64,000 bases of DNA from Mytilus edulis (Eukaryota). This document shows positions 40,499 through 52,701 of this stretch, one piece after another. The stretch lies in NCBI RefSeq assembly GCF_963676685.1, contig NC_092345.1, forward strand, positions 89,652,001 through 89,716,000. Reading direction: 5' to 3'. Position 1 is the stretch's first letter, and each line of letters begins with the position of its first letter. Made by a program: the position numbers and the translations under genes. Below the pieces are notes generated by a model. The model did not search any database, had not been told where the DNA came from, and saw nothing but the letters and a program-made list of their open reading frames with translations.

Positions 40499-40940
40499 GT
40501 GAATAACAACACTGATTTCAACAAATATACAGAACATGATATCATAAAAAAAGCTGTAATTTTGACCGACAACATCTTTATTGATTTTGGTGGATTGATA
40601 TTTCAACCGTCATCGATATTTCAATATGTACTAGTGAACATCTCGTTTCGTTGTTTTTTTCTGAAGCAGAATTTATACAGAAAATACTCAATGAGAAAGA
40701 AAAAGCTTACTAAACATTTCTTGATTTTACTTTCAGATGTATTGGGTATAACCTGTCAGTCAATTTGACCATCCCATTTGACCAAGTGAACTTAAAAACT
40801 ATGTTTACTTTCTAAACTAGAAGGTTTGCCTCCTATCGTTATCTGTTTTGGAAAAGTGAGACCAATGAACAATTCCAACAAGATTATTTGTCCAATGTGA
40901 CGATTTCAATTCATCAATGTCAACTTCCCATTTCTAAAGA
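40499..40940 (+). mobile_element. Degenerate Penelope-like RT fragment
   Basis: KYTEHDII...DNIFIDFGGLIFQ similar to the 43206 RT. Confidence 0.65.
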
Positions 40941-41944
40941 CATCAGTAATAAAGACAACAGTAGTATACCGCATTTCAATAGTCATAAATCTTGCACATT
41001 TTGGAGTTGATGCGATTTCTACAGGGTTTTTTTAATGATTTTTGAGATTCGAACATCGACAAATTACTTTTGGGTCTAAAATGCATTTCAAAGAGATACA
41101 GATACAAATTTGAAAGACATTTTCGAACTCAAACGTCGATGACACACTGACAACACCATGGCAAAAATGAAAAACGAAAACAATACAAACAACAGTATAT
41201 AAAACACAGAAAAACATAGAAATCTAAAGACTGAGCAACATAAACCCAACAAATGCTGGAGTGAGGTAAGGTCCTCGAAAAAAATAAGCTGTAATTTTTT
41301 GCACCCGTCATGTTGCTCATGGTAAAAGAAGGGCGAAATATACAAAAAGGGGCATTCAGACGTATACGTATAAAACTAAATGACAACGCCGTGTCAAAAA
41401 AGAAAAACAGTTAGTGGCAATTCCATGATGTCATAATCGATGACGATGAAAACTTTTAATTTGATTGAATCTCTTAAAGTTATGTTGGTTTTTTTTTTTA
41501 TTCAAATGCAGTTCAACGAGTTATAAATGCATAAAATGTTCCATGCAATACACTTGAATTGAGTGATAAATATAACCTCTTGTATAAAGTTATATCTCGA
41601 AACCAATCCTATGGTATTGAAGTAAGTCATATAAAGACAGTTCTAATACACATTATTTCAAAACATAATCAGATATATTATTTTTACTGGTGTCTGTGAT
41701 ATATCAATGTACTGGAGATGTTATATCATTCTGTCGTTCGTGTTCTGAGGTATACTAGAATGGTTACTAACCTTGATATTTAATTGTCTCGTTGTATTTG
41801 ATATTTTGTGTCGCATCATTAATTAAATGTCAGTAGAACATTCAAAGAGCAACAGGAGATACCATAAAACATCATTGACAAATGTTTGTATGCATTTAAA
41901 TCATGTTAATTTTTACGTTTACAAGATCTTACGAATGATTTTAA

Positions 41945-42527
41945 AGGAGTAGGTCCGGTAAGGACCGATTTTGGCCTCAAATTTCAGGTTCATCTGACGA
42001 AAGATTTTGACCACTTTTTAAACACTTAAGTGTCTATTTTATTTGAATTAATTAGTTTATGTGAAAGATTTTAACAGATTTAGTCATTAAAAACGATCCG
42101 ATTCAAGCTCAAATATGAAAAATCTACCTAATATGCAGAAAAATGTCACTTTTCAGATGGTTTTTGGTAAAAATTAAAAGTGGCCGCATCCGTGTTCATC
42201 CTCAACCTTTATATATGTTATGTATTATCATAAAATACAACTTACATTTCAATATTAAGGATTAACACGATTGCGGTCCCTTTCGTTTTACACGAAAGCC
42301 GTATAAAATTTAACTAAAATGCTAGAATTATTAGGATTTCAGTAATTTAGCATGACTTAATGGTGCTAGTACCGGATATATGTGCATTGTATTGTAAAAA
42401 AAACAGCCCATATTTATGTAGCGGGAGCATTGTACTGTCCAATAAATAACTAAAGGTTTACATTTTAACAATTTTGTAAAACTGCTATATTTTGGGGCCA
42501 AAAAGATGTCAAACTGAACCTACTCCT
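41945..42527. mobile_element. MITE, Kolobok-like ends, copy 2
   Basis: Same TIRs and interior as 12532-13111; TTAA on the left flank. Confidence 0.85.
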
Positions 42528-42701
42528 TTCAGCTACTCGGATTTTTTCAATGTGTTGATTTAAGACAGAATGCTCTCCGAAATATAGCCTCTATTTAAAA
42601 GTATGTTTTCTTCTCATGCATTTGCACGTTTTAATATAATTTTGGGTCTTTAAAGCTCTTCAACTTAACACTTGTTTGGCTTTTTGACTATTTTTATCCA
42701 A

Positions 42702-42745
42702 GCGTCACTGATGCGTCTTATGTAGACGAAACGCGCGTCTGGCGT
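42702..42745 (+). ncRNA. Hammerhead ribozyme copy with a core substitution (CTGATGC)
   Basis: Identical to 18796-18839 except A>C in the CUGAUGA box. Confidence 0.75.
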
Positions 42746-43229
42746 ATCAAATCATAAACCTGGTACCTTTGATAACTATTTATATAAAGAATTGTTTGAT
42801 AGAAAAATACGTAATTTCTTCAGAGTCCAAATGAAACATATTTGGTGAGTTCCTTTATCGTAATCCGACAAAAATGTAACAAAGAGGTTTTTTTTCTATT
42901 TCTATTATTTGGGGTATAAATATACATACACACAAACATGCAACATTCATAATTTCACACGTATACATCCACATCCACATCCATATCATTTTAGTCCAAT
43001 CAACCATCAATCTATCCATACAAACATTCACACAATTTTTACAAAATATGGTAAACCGATATCAGAAAAACAAAATGTGTAACCTTTGAGCTAGTTTAAA
43101 GCAATCATTGTTCTACTTGTTTCATTTCCATTGTTATTTCTGCTATGTTTGTACCTCTAAAGTTTCGAGGAGTCGATTGAGTGTGTAGTCAGTTGTACTG
43201 TTCAATTGTTAGGTGATGTTATGTTTTAT

Positions 43230-46200
43230 AACAATATATTTGTTGAGTTTGGAGGATTTATATTTCAACAGACAGTCGGTATTCCAATGGGTACTAATTG
43301 TGCACCCCTGCTGGCTGATTTGTTTTTGTATTCGTATGAAGCAGAATTTATTCAGAACCTTCTTAAAGACAAAAAGAAAAAGCACCTTGCGAAATTCTTT
43401 AATTTTACTTTCCGATATATTGATGATGTTTTATCATTGAACAACCCATATTTCAGCCAATACTTACATCTCATATATCCCAGTGAACTTGAAATTAAGG
43501 ATACTACCGATACTAGAAGGACTGCTTCATACCTTGATCTTTTCCTCAATATTGACGTAGATGGACGACTTCTCACGAAAATCTATGATAAACGGGACGA
43601 TTTCAACTTCCAAATTATCAATTTCCCATTTCTCAGCAGTAACATACCATACCCTCTGCCCCTTCGTATGGTGTTTACATATCACAATTGATACGTTATT
43701 CACGTGCTTGTTCACACTATACGGACTTCATATACAGGAGTGTGCTCCTTACGCAGAAACTGCTCCAACAAAGTTATGAGGAGGACAGATTAAAATTGAC
43801 ACTCAGTAAATTTTATGGACACCATCACGAATTGGTGTATCCATATGATGTCTCTTTAACCAAACTAGCTAAGGACATTTTTACCACATGGTAGATTGTG
43901 GTTTGTCATTATGTCGTCTAATCTTTTAATTACCAAACGTGACTTATTCCCGATTGTGACTGTTTTGCTGAATGTGAATTCGCATTACTATAAGACGTGT
44001 TTCTGTACTTGTTTATCCCAAATTCATGTATTTAGTTTACATGTTTAATGTTATATTTGTAATCCTCATCGGATTTTGTCAAATGTGTTGACGTCTTTTT
44101 ATTATATTTAGGTGTTACGGATAGAAAAATTAATCACCGCCTTTATTAATTATATTAAATTTTGTACGATTATTTACGTTTGAAGTTGGATTCATAACAA
44201 ACTGGACATATATATATTACAGTTAATTGCTATTAATAAGTATTGCAATAAGCATTTTGTTTAAATTAATTATCAGTATTTAGTTCTGATATAATCTTAA
44301 ATCAATCCTAATTCTATCTCACTTTGATAATTTTTCATATGTGACGTCATGCTGTTTCTAAATTTCATAAATTCAAATGTGGCATAACGTTTGTACCTTT
44401 TCGCCATCGTATGTGACGTCACATTTTTGTAATTACGTTGACGCCTGGACTGATTCGGGTGTGTCTATTCTGTGTTAAACTTTAATAGCATTATGTATTC
44501 GGGTTTAGTTTTCTGTAATTAGTTAATACTTCAGTTTCATTATGTATATCTCTTTCATATTCATTTGTTAAAATTTACTGTTTGCTATAGCATGAATTGT
44601 TCTATATAATAAGGATGTTCTTATCCCGGGCATAAAAACAATGCCGTATTTGGCAAAACCTTTTCAACTTTTGATCTTCAGTGCTGTACAACTTTGTACC
44701 TTTTTCACTTTCAATCTTTTATATCTGGGCGTTATGTATTCGGGTTTAGTTTTCTGTAATTAGTTAATACTTCAGTTTCTTTATGTATATCTCTTTCATA
44801 TTCATTTGTTAAAATTTACTGTTTGCAATAGCATGAATTGTTCTATATAATAAGAATGTTCTTATCCCGGGCATAAAAACAATGCCGTATTTGGCGAAAC
44901 CTTTTCAACTTTTTATCTCCAGTGCTGTACAACTTTGTACTTTTTTCACTTTCGATCTTTTATATCTGGGCGTCACTTGTAAGTCCTGTGTGGACAAGGC
45001 GCGTTTTTGGCGTATTGAATTTTAAACCTGATGCTTTTTGTTATCTATTAATCATGTTTTTCTTTGTCTAATATGTTCTGCTATTTATTTGTATTGTAGT
45101 CCTGTAATATTATGTTGTCATTTCAATGTTATATTTAACTTTGCCATTAAAGTGCGAGGTTTGGCATGCCACAAAACCAGGTTCAACCCACCACTTTTAT
45201 TCCCCTTTAAAAGTGTCCTGTACCAAGTCAGGAAGATGGCCATTGTTGTATTATTGTTCGTTTCTGTGTGTGTTGCATTTTAACGTTGAGTCGTTTGTGT
45301 TTTCTCTTATTTTTGAGATATTGAGATAAGACGTGGCACGGTACTTGTCTATCCCAAATTCATGTATTTGGTTTTCATGTTATATTTGTTATTCTCGTGG
45401 TGTTTTGTCTGATGCTTGGTCCGTTTCTGTGTGTGTTACGTTTCGGTGTTATGTCGTTGTTTTCCTCTTATATTTAATGCGTTTCCCTCGGTTTTAGTTT
45501 GTTACCCCGATTTTGTTTTTTGTCCATGGATTTATGAGTTTTGAACCTGATGCTATTTGTTATCTATTTGGCATTTGGCAAAACCTTTTCAACTTTTGAT
45601 CTTCAGTGCTGTACAACTTTGTACTTTTTTCACTTTCGATCTTTTATATCTGGGCGTTATGTATTCGGGTTTAGTTTTCTGTAATTAGATAATACTTCAG
45701 TTTCATTATGTATATCTCTTTCATATTCATTTGTTAAAATTTACTGTTTGCAATAGCATGAATTGTTCTATATAATAAGAATGTTCTTATCCCGGGCATA
45801 CAAACAATGCCGTATTTGGCAAAACCTTTTCAACTTTTGATCTTCAGAGCTGTACAACTTTGTACTTTTTTCACTTTCGATCTTTTATATCTGGGCGTCA
45901 CTAGTGAGTCTTGTGTGGACAAGACGCGTTTTTGGCGTATTGAATTGTAAACCTGATGCTTTTTGTTATCTATTAATCATGCTTTTCTTTGTCTAATATT
46001 GTCTCCTTTTTATTTGTATTGTAGTCCTGTAATATTATGTTGTCATTTTAATGTTATATTTAACTTTGCCATTAAAGTGCGAGGTTTGGCATGCCATAAA
46101 ACCAGGTTCAACCCACCACTTTTATTCCCCTTTAAAAGTGTCCTGTACCAAGTCAGGAAGATGGCCATTGTTATATTATTGTTCGTTTCTGTGTGTGTTG

Positions 46201-46499
46201 CATTTTAACGTTGAGTCGTTTGTGTTTTCTCTTATTTTTGAGATATTGAGATCAGACGTGGCACGGTACTTGTCTATCCCAAATTCATGTATTTGGTTTT
46301 CTTGTTATATTTGTTATTCTCGTGGTGTTTTGTCTGATGCTTGGTCCGTTTCTGTGTGTGTTACGTTTCGGTGTTATGTCGTTGTTCTCCTCTTATATTT
46401 AATGCGTTTCCCTCGGTTTTAGTTTGTTACCCCGATTTTGTTTTTTGTCCCTGGATTTATGAGTTTTGAACAGCGGTATACTACTGTTGCCTTTATTTA
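43230..46499 (+). mobile_element. 5'-truncated Penelope-like element: RT plus tandemly repeated 3' region
   Basis: GIPMGTNCAPLLADLFLYSYE and RYIDD motifs; frameshift near 43652; stop at 43894; ~925-bp direct repeats (ORF offsets 45038 vs 45963), each with a degenerate hammerhead (44970-45013, 45894-45939). Confidence 0.9.
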
Positions 46500-47111
46500 T
46501 ACAGAATGTTATTCAAATAACATAAAACGTATTTCTATAATTTTCACCAATAGTCAATACAATAGTGTTGAGATTATTATTAAAGCAACAAATTACCCGA
46601 ATTACCCGAATTACCCGAATTGAATGGGATAATAAGTTATTTCTTTACCTTGTGTTGTGTTCAACATATAAATAAAAGAAATGACTAAACATCTAAAACA
46701 TCAAAAGGAAACAATATGTGAAGACCCAATGGTGATAAGTGTGGTGAAATATTCAAATAAACACGTCTTGATATTCAAGCACAACACTAATGAATATATA
46801 TATACTGACGCGAACTCCTTAAAAAGCCACGAAGGACATGAATAATTACATGCTAGTACCTCGGACACAGGTATATAATGCTTGTTCTACTATCTAAAGG
46901 AAGAACTTAAGTCAAGTAAATTCCCAATAAATATCAATACAAAAACTTCCAAAATTATAATAACACTTATTTTAATGTATTCCATATACAATACAAGGTT
47001 GTTTTTTTAACAAAATAATAAATATTTAATACTTTACAAGACAATACTGTTCAATATTTAACAAACGAGGTTTCAATATATATTCTGCGTAATTAATCAA
47101 ATCCTGTAGTC

Positions 47112-47305
47112 CTAAAACAGTGATTCATACAATATGTAATTAGATAAACCAGAGTTTCCTCCAAAAAGTCCATTATTTGATTGTGTATTTTGTTGTGCTT
47201 GTTGTTTCTCAAGATTGGCTAGCCTGGCAAGGATGACTTGAACATATCGCAACATTTCATTACCAGAATTACCAGCTCCTCCATGCAAATGTGACCCATG
47301 GATTC
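47112..47305 (-). CDS. Terminal exon E5: GIHGSHLHGGAGNSGNEMLRYVQVILARLANLEKQQAQQNTQSNNGLFGGNSGLSNYILYESLF*
   Basis: TTTCTTTACAG acceptor, phase 1; clear paralog of E4. Confidence 0.8.
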
Positions 47306-48793
47306 CTGTAAAGAAATTATAAAAAATAAAAATGTAAAAAAAGGCTTGGAAATAGTTATTGAAAAATGATACCAATTTGAAATATATTTATTGGTATCCA
47401 AGCATGCATTCTTGAAGTAATAGTAAATATGAAGTTATGTTATTGTACATAATTATATTGATAGTAATATTTAAGTGCTATGCTATAAGATATATAATAC
47501 ACATATAAATACAGTGCATAATAGGAAAAATGTATAGCAATAATTATACATACCTCAAATGAAGACAACTAATTTTGAGTTCTGTCCTATATGGGTACAA
47601 CATTTATTTGTTTTCACGATCACATATGATGAAGGCACTTTGGTTTTGTTTCAGTTAACTCTCAGTAAAGTTACAAAATTAAATATGTAAAATTGTATGA
47701 TACATTAATACATAACCATAAATCTAACGCCATGTTCGCACAAAGGTTAGCAAATTAGACTTCGAAAATATATAGAATAACTATTTGATAACTGTATGCA
47801 AGACTCATGAATGAGTATTAATCGATGAGCTCCAGTGCATCTCTCTCCTGTTTTGAGTAGAGTAAAAATAAAATATATGTTTTGAGACAACACATAGCTG
47901 GTTTCTTTATATTGCAACTCTTAGGGTAAGGTCGATCGATTCGGGTCTATATACCATGGCATAAAGAACCTTCATTAATATAACGACGATTAAACTTCTT
48001 TTTTATTTTAAATAATTATGAGCTTACATTCCCCGCAAAAATCTATCTGAATGCAGCAGAAAGGATAAATTTAGATATCTGATTTTCGAAAAGTATAATG
48101 ACAATGTTTGAAAATTAATAATTATCAGAACAAAACATTTTCGCGTTTGTATCAAACAAAAAGAATAAAACTAACATACGTAAATTTCGAGAAAATTAAA
48201 GAAATTTTTCACTCACTGTTTATCCACTCATACTTCTCAAATATACAGTACTGTTATGTGTTATCAATTGTAAGTCGTAAACAATACACGTTTTCAAGAA
48301 TAATAATATTAAAAACAAAAATCAACTAACATCATATCTTTTTATACTGCATTTGAAATTGTAATATCCTCTGATTAAATAAGCCAATGCTATATAGAAT
48401 TTCATTCAACTTTTGAACTGAAATCTGATATTTTTATAGTTATTAATACATACTATAGACACAACGAATTTCAAATCAGATAATGTAAAATGATTTATTT
48501 TTGCAAATTCAATTTACAATATTATTTCTATCATGTAATGAATAAAAGCATACAAACAAATATTTTCAAACAGAAACACAAGGTCGTGTGAGGATGTCCA
48601 ATATTAATAGAATTCGCCGTACTTAGATTGTCTAAAACTGTCATCTTAATTCATGTAAAACAAACAACATCATTTTTTGTGTAATTTTGTTTAAAACGTC
48701 GGTTGAAAATGTCTTTGCTGCTGATAATTTGATGAAAATACATAACCATATCCATCGATTTCATATCCTTTCGCAACTTAACAGCATGTATGA

Positions 48794-49023
48794 TCATTTG
48801 AACAAGTGTTCCATAACCATAGCATTTCGTAGACTGTTTCCTGAGCCGAACCAACCACCGCTACTTTGCTTTTTAGACTGTTGCTGTTGTCGTTCTAATC
48901 TCTGAATACGTGCTAGAATCAATTTGACATATTTCAAAAATAGGTCATTTGAGGTTCCTGATGTAGATGGTATGCTTGCGCCGAGGCCACCATGTGTATC
49001 CATTCCATATCCAGGACCCAAAC
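48794..49023 (-). CDS. Terminal exon E4: GLGPGYGMDTHGGLGASIPSTSGTSNDLFLKYVKLILARIQRLERQQQQSKKQSSGGWFGSGNSLRNAMVMEHLFK*
   Basis: TTTTATTTTATAG acceptor, phase 1; AATAAA near 48494; paralog of E5. Confidence 0.8.
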
Positions 49024-49128
49024 CTATAAAATAAAAATAATACTATGTTCTAAAAAGAGAAGCAATTATTTAAAGAATATTTGGAAACTTTAATGAATAT
49101 TTTTGCAATTTCTTGCAAACTAATAAGC

Positions 49129-49312
49129 TAACCATTTGAAGCTACATAACAAATACCTATGACGCTCTAAAGCTGCTGCTTAAAACATGTGTATTGCCCT
49201 TTGAAGCTACATAACAAAATGCCTATAACCCTTTGGAGCTACATAACATATATGTATATATAAAACTCTCTGAAGCTACATTACAAATGTTTATAACCCT
49301 TTCAAGCTACAA
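49129..49312. repeat. Degenerate ~32-bp minisatellite
   Basis: Recurrent CCTTTGAAGCTACATAACAAAT. Confidence 0.75.
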
Positions 49313-49493
49313 CAAAAACCGCCACAACTTTCATTCTATGTATACATTGTTTTTATTACCAATGCACATCTGTTAGTATTCAAATTCCAAAAACAAAATT
49401 TAAACATAGGGCTTCTAAATCTCATTTACGTTTATGGAATTGATGTTTTAACGATAAATGTTGTGAGTCGGTTTTAATATATTCCTACATAGA

Positions 49494-49770
49494 TAAATTC
49501 ATCATTGATACCAGGATGGAAATTTTATAGTTACGCCAGACGCGCGTTTCGTCTACAAAAGACTCATCAGTAACGCTCGAAGAAAAAAAATGGTAAAAAG
49601 GTCAAATAAAGTACGAAGTTGAAGAGCATTGAGGACCAAATATTCCTAAAAGTTTAGCCAAATACAGCTAAGGTAATCTATTCCTGAGGTATAAAAGCCT
49701 TAGTTTTTGCAAAAATTCAAAGTTTTGTTAACAGTTAAGGTATACTTATGAACATATCAATGATAACTTA
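49494..49770 (-). mobile_element. Retrozyme-like monomer with intact hammerhead core at ~49533-49577
   Basis: Minus strand GCGTTA-CTGATGA-GTCT(TTTGT)AGAC-GAAA-CGCGCG-TC-TGGCGT. Confidence 0.85.
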
Positions 49771-50393
49771 GGTTGCGATAACATCTTTAGTCTTGATTAC
49801 TATTAGTCTTATTTCATTAAAGTTTACGGTTGTGATTTTAAACGATTACCAACGTCCGATTTTTATTATTTTATCTAAATAGTCATTACGAGGCGGCAAA
49901 AGAAGTTATCAACTTAATGATCGCCGCAATAATCCAGGTAGAATCCAGGTAGGTAGAATTATTCAAATTGGTAATTTGAGGGTTCATTTGTGAATCCTTG
50001 TTTTTTCTTTTTTTTTCTCTTCACCTAACGTTTACTCTGCCTGAAGTGGTTGGAAACTTAATGTTTTAATATCTCTTAAATTATACAATGGGAATTTTAG
50101 TTGTGAAAAAATGGTATAAATCATGTCAGGACTGCAACCCCAACTACGGATATGCTGATAGCACAGGGGACTGCCTAGGTTTATAACACATTACATAATG
50201 CATGGTGCTAACTAGCGAATTTCTTCAATCGTAAAGGATAAGTGCATGTTCTAACAATGCAGTGACGTAAATGTGTTTCTTTTATAAGCGTCTTTGTGAC
50301 AACTTTACGACAGACTATCTCCTTTGGGTAACAAAGGGTTAAACAGGTATAACACCACAAATCACATATACTTCGTCTCAAATTTACCAGAAA

Positions 50394-50557
50394 AATGTTA
50401 GATCTGCAAATTTTGGTTCATTTCTACGGGACTTGAACTCATGACATCAAGGCAACTTTGCCTGCATTGTGTTCAACCCACTAGATTACACTGCCAACTA
50501 TAGGGCTATATAAATACAGCTTTTGAATGTCGAGCAATACTATTCATCCTCAGCGTT
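50394..50557 (-). mobile_element. Degenerate copy of the SINE at 1-241
   Basis: Minus strand TGCAGGC...GAGTTCAAGTCCCG...GAACCAAAATTTGCAGATCTAACATT. Confidence 0.6.
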
Positions 50558-52701
50558 ACCTAGGTTTATAACATGATGTAAGGGGGCATATAGAAGGAAT
50601 ACCAGGCAGATATGTTTGTCAGTCGGAAAGGACAATAAATACATGTACTTACCGTGTAGTCAAATGAGTGCCATCAACACCAAATAAAATTACACAACTG
50701 CATAGTTTCCTCCTCTAACTTAAGATGATAAAACAATCGGTTTTCATTTCGGGAGGTGTTTTAGTCTCGTATGTATTGAACAAGTACGACCAATTAGAAT
50801 ACAGTTCATGTAAATGAAATTGTGTAATGACTATGTAATGCATTTGAATATGACGGTTGTTTCCATTCGTTCCGTTGATTGATAAATATCACGTCTGATT
50901 TTGTCAGTTTATTTGGACTTCCCCCTTTTTTAGTTTATTTTGTACTTTAATCGGTTAGTTGTTTGGGTTTTAGGATACATAACAATTGTATTTATTTTTT
51001 AATAAAAAAAAAAATTGTTTATGCTAGCTGTGTTTTGTGCAACAACCCTTGTCTTTGGATTTGAGTTTTGTTATTGTTAATTAAACAAAGGCAAGAAATA
51101 CGTTTTACATAGAATGTGTCGGCTGTGTTAGACGAAAATGACTATTGTAAAACCATTCCAACGGGAAACCAACGGTCTTATCTATATAAAAATATGTTAT
51201 AACATAAAACATTTTGAAAATTGGAACTAACGTATTATTCTTATAATAGTTCTTATACCACTTTATTTCCTTGAAATAATGTATAAATCATACAAGCAAG
51301 TCTTTTAGATAAACAAATTCAAAACAATCTACGCATGTACGGTATCGATAAGAATAATCATTTTAAAAGAAAATTTTAGAAGGATATAAAAGGTGCTTTT
51401 GGGTCTGATACCTATTAATGATTACTGCTAAAATGTACGGTAAAAGAAACGATGTTACGACCCCTTTTTTGAAAAGGGATACTAAAATAAGACGATGTGA
51501 TACGGTTGTGAATCGGACAACTTTTTACCAGAGACTAAATGAAGTTGAAGTTAACAACTGTAGGTAGCCATAAAGACTTAAAAATTAACAAAACCTTTAC
51601 CACTCTAATTTGTCCTTATATAACAAAATGTACAAAATTCAATGAAAAAACATTTAAACGAATAAAAAATATGATATACAGCCGCATACAACATTACAGT
51701 CTCCTGACGCGAGAAAGCCATATACAGAATGTGACTGGGTTAAATTTGTTTTTTGACACCAAACCTCCGGGCCTTAACCTAGGACAAAGTTGTAACATCA
51801 CAATATAAAAAACATAATATACAAATCATTTAAAAAAACTTGATTCAACTGATCGTCACAGAGCAAAAAATAGTAACAAAAAGACTTAACATACAAAGTA
51901 CCGATTTATGAGTACTCACAATTATTGAAAAGTAGTTCAAAGCCAATAATAACTAATAAGAAAATCATTTATCGAAGACTAAAATATAATCCAGTATCAA
52001 CCAATACATTAAGTGTAAATACTTCATAATCAGTCTGAAAAACATGTTCTTCTGCAATCCCAAAATATAAGTATCGACAGAACGTGCATGTAGGACCGAA
52101 CATGGTTAAAGCTATATAGCAATGGCATTAAGTTATAATGTTATATATATTTTTTACCAAAATCAATGTTCTGCATGCATTGATTTCATCAATATTGAGT
52201 AATAATATAACTGTAAATCTATCAAAAGGAGTGAACCAAGTCCGGAAATTTCTGAGCGAACATGTACACAATACCAAAAAAATAGACGAAGGCGTAATAG
52301 CTTAATAACGGCAACAGTAGTATATCGCTGTTCGAAATTCATAAATAGATAGAGAGAAAAAAGTCTGCGTTACAAAGATTGATAGCAGTATCTACAAGCT
52401 TTTAATCGTGTACCTTTCTGATGTTTCTTGGAAAAACAAAAAGTCAATTAAGTTAAGCTTCAGGGTGTGTCCTATCTGATACATCATACCCATATGTTAC
52501 TCCTTACTGTCCAATCAGTTTGATTAGAGACGTTTTAATTGTTATTACTTTCTATTTCCAACTAACGTTAACTTAACTTAATCAAATACAGTTGTACATG
52601 AAGCATATTGCTAGCTTTAACTATATGATCAGCCTTGACTGTACTTATATTTTACTATATCTGACCTAAGATATTATTATATTTAAGTTTACACTCAAAC
52701 G

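Noticed and set aside
47554-47603. Private first exon for E5 (strong GAG|GTATGT donor)
   Set aside because: The ATG frame is phase 2 and not signal-like; the phase-1 frame has TGA just before the donor; could only be non-coding
36733-50703. Selenocysteine readthrough of the in-frame TGAs in the two leader-like relics
   Set aside because: No SECIS identified, Sec within a signal peptide is implausible, and one relic also needs a frameshift
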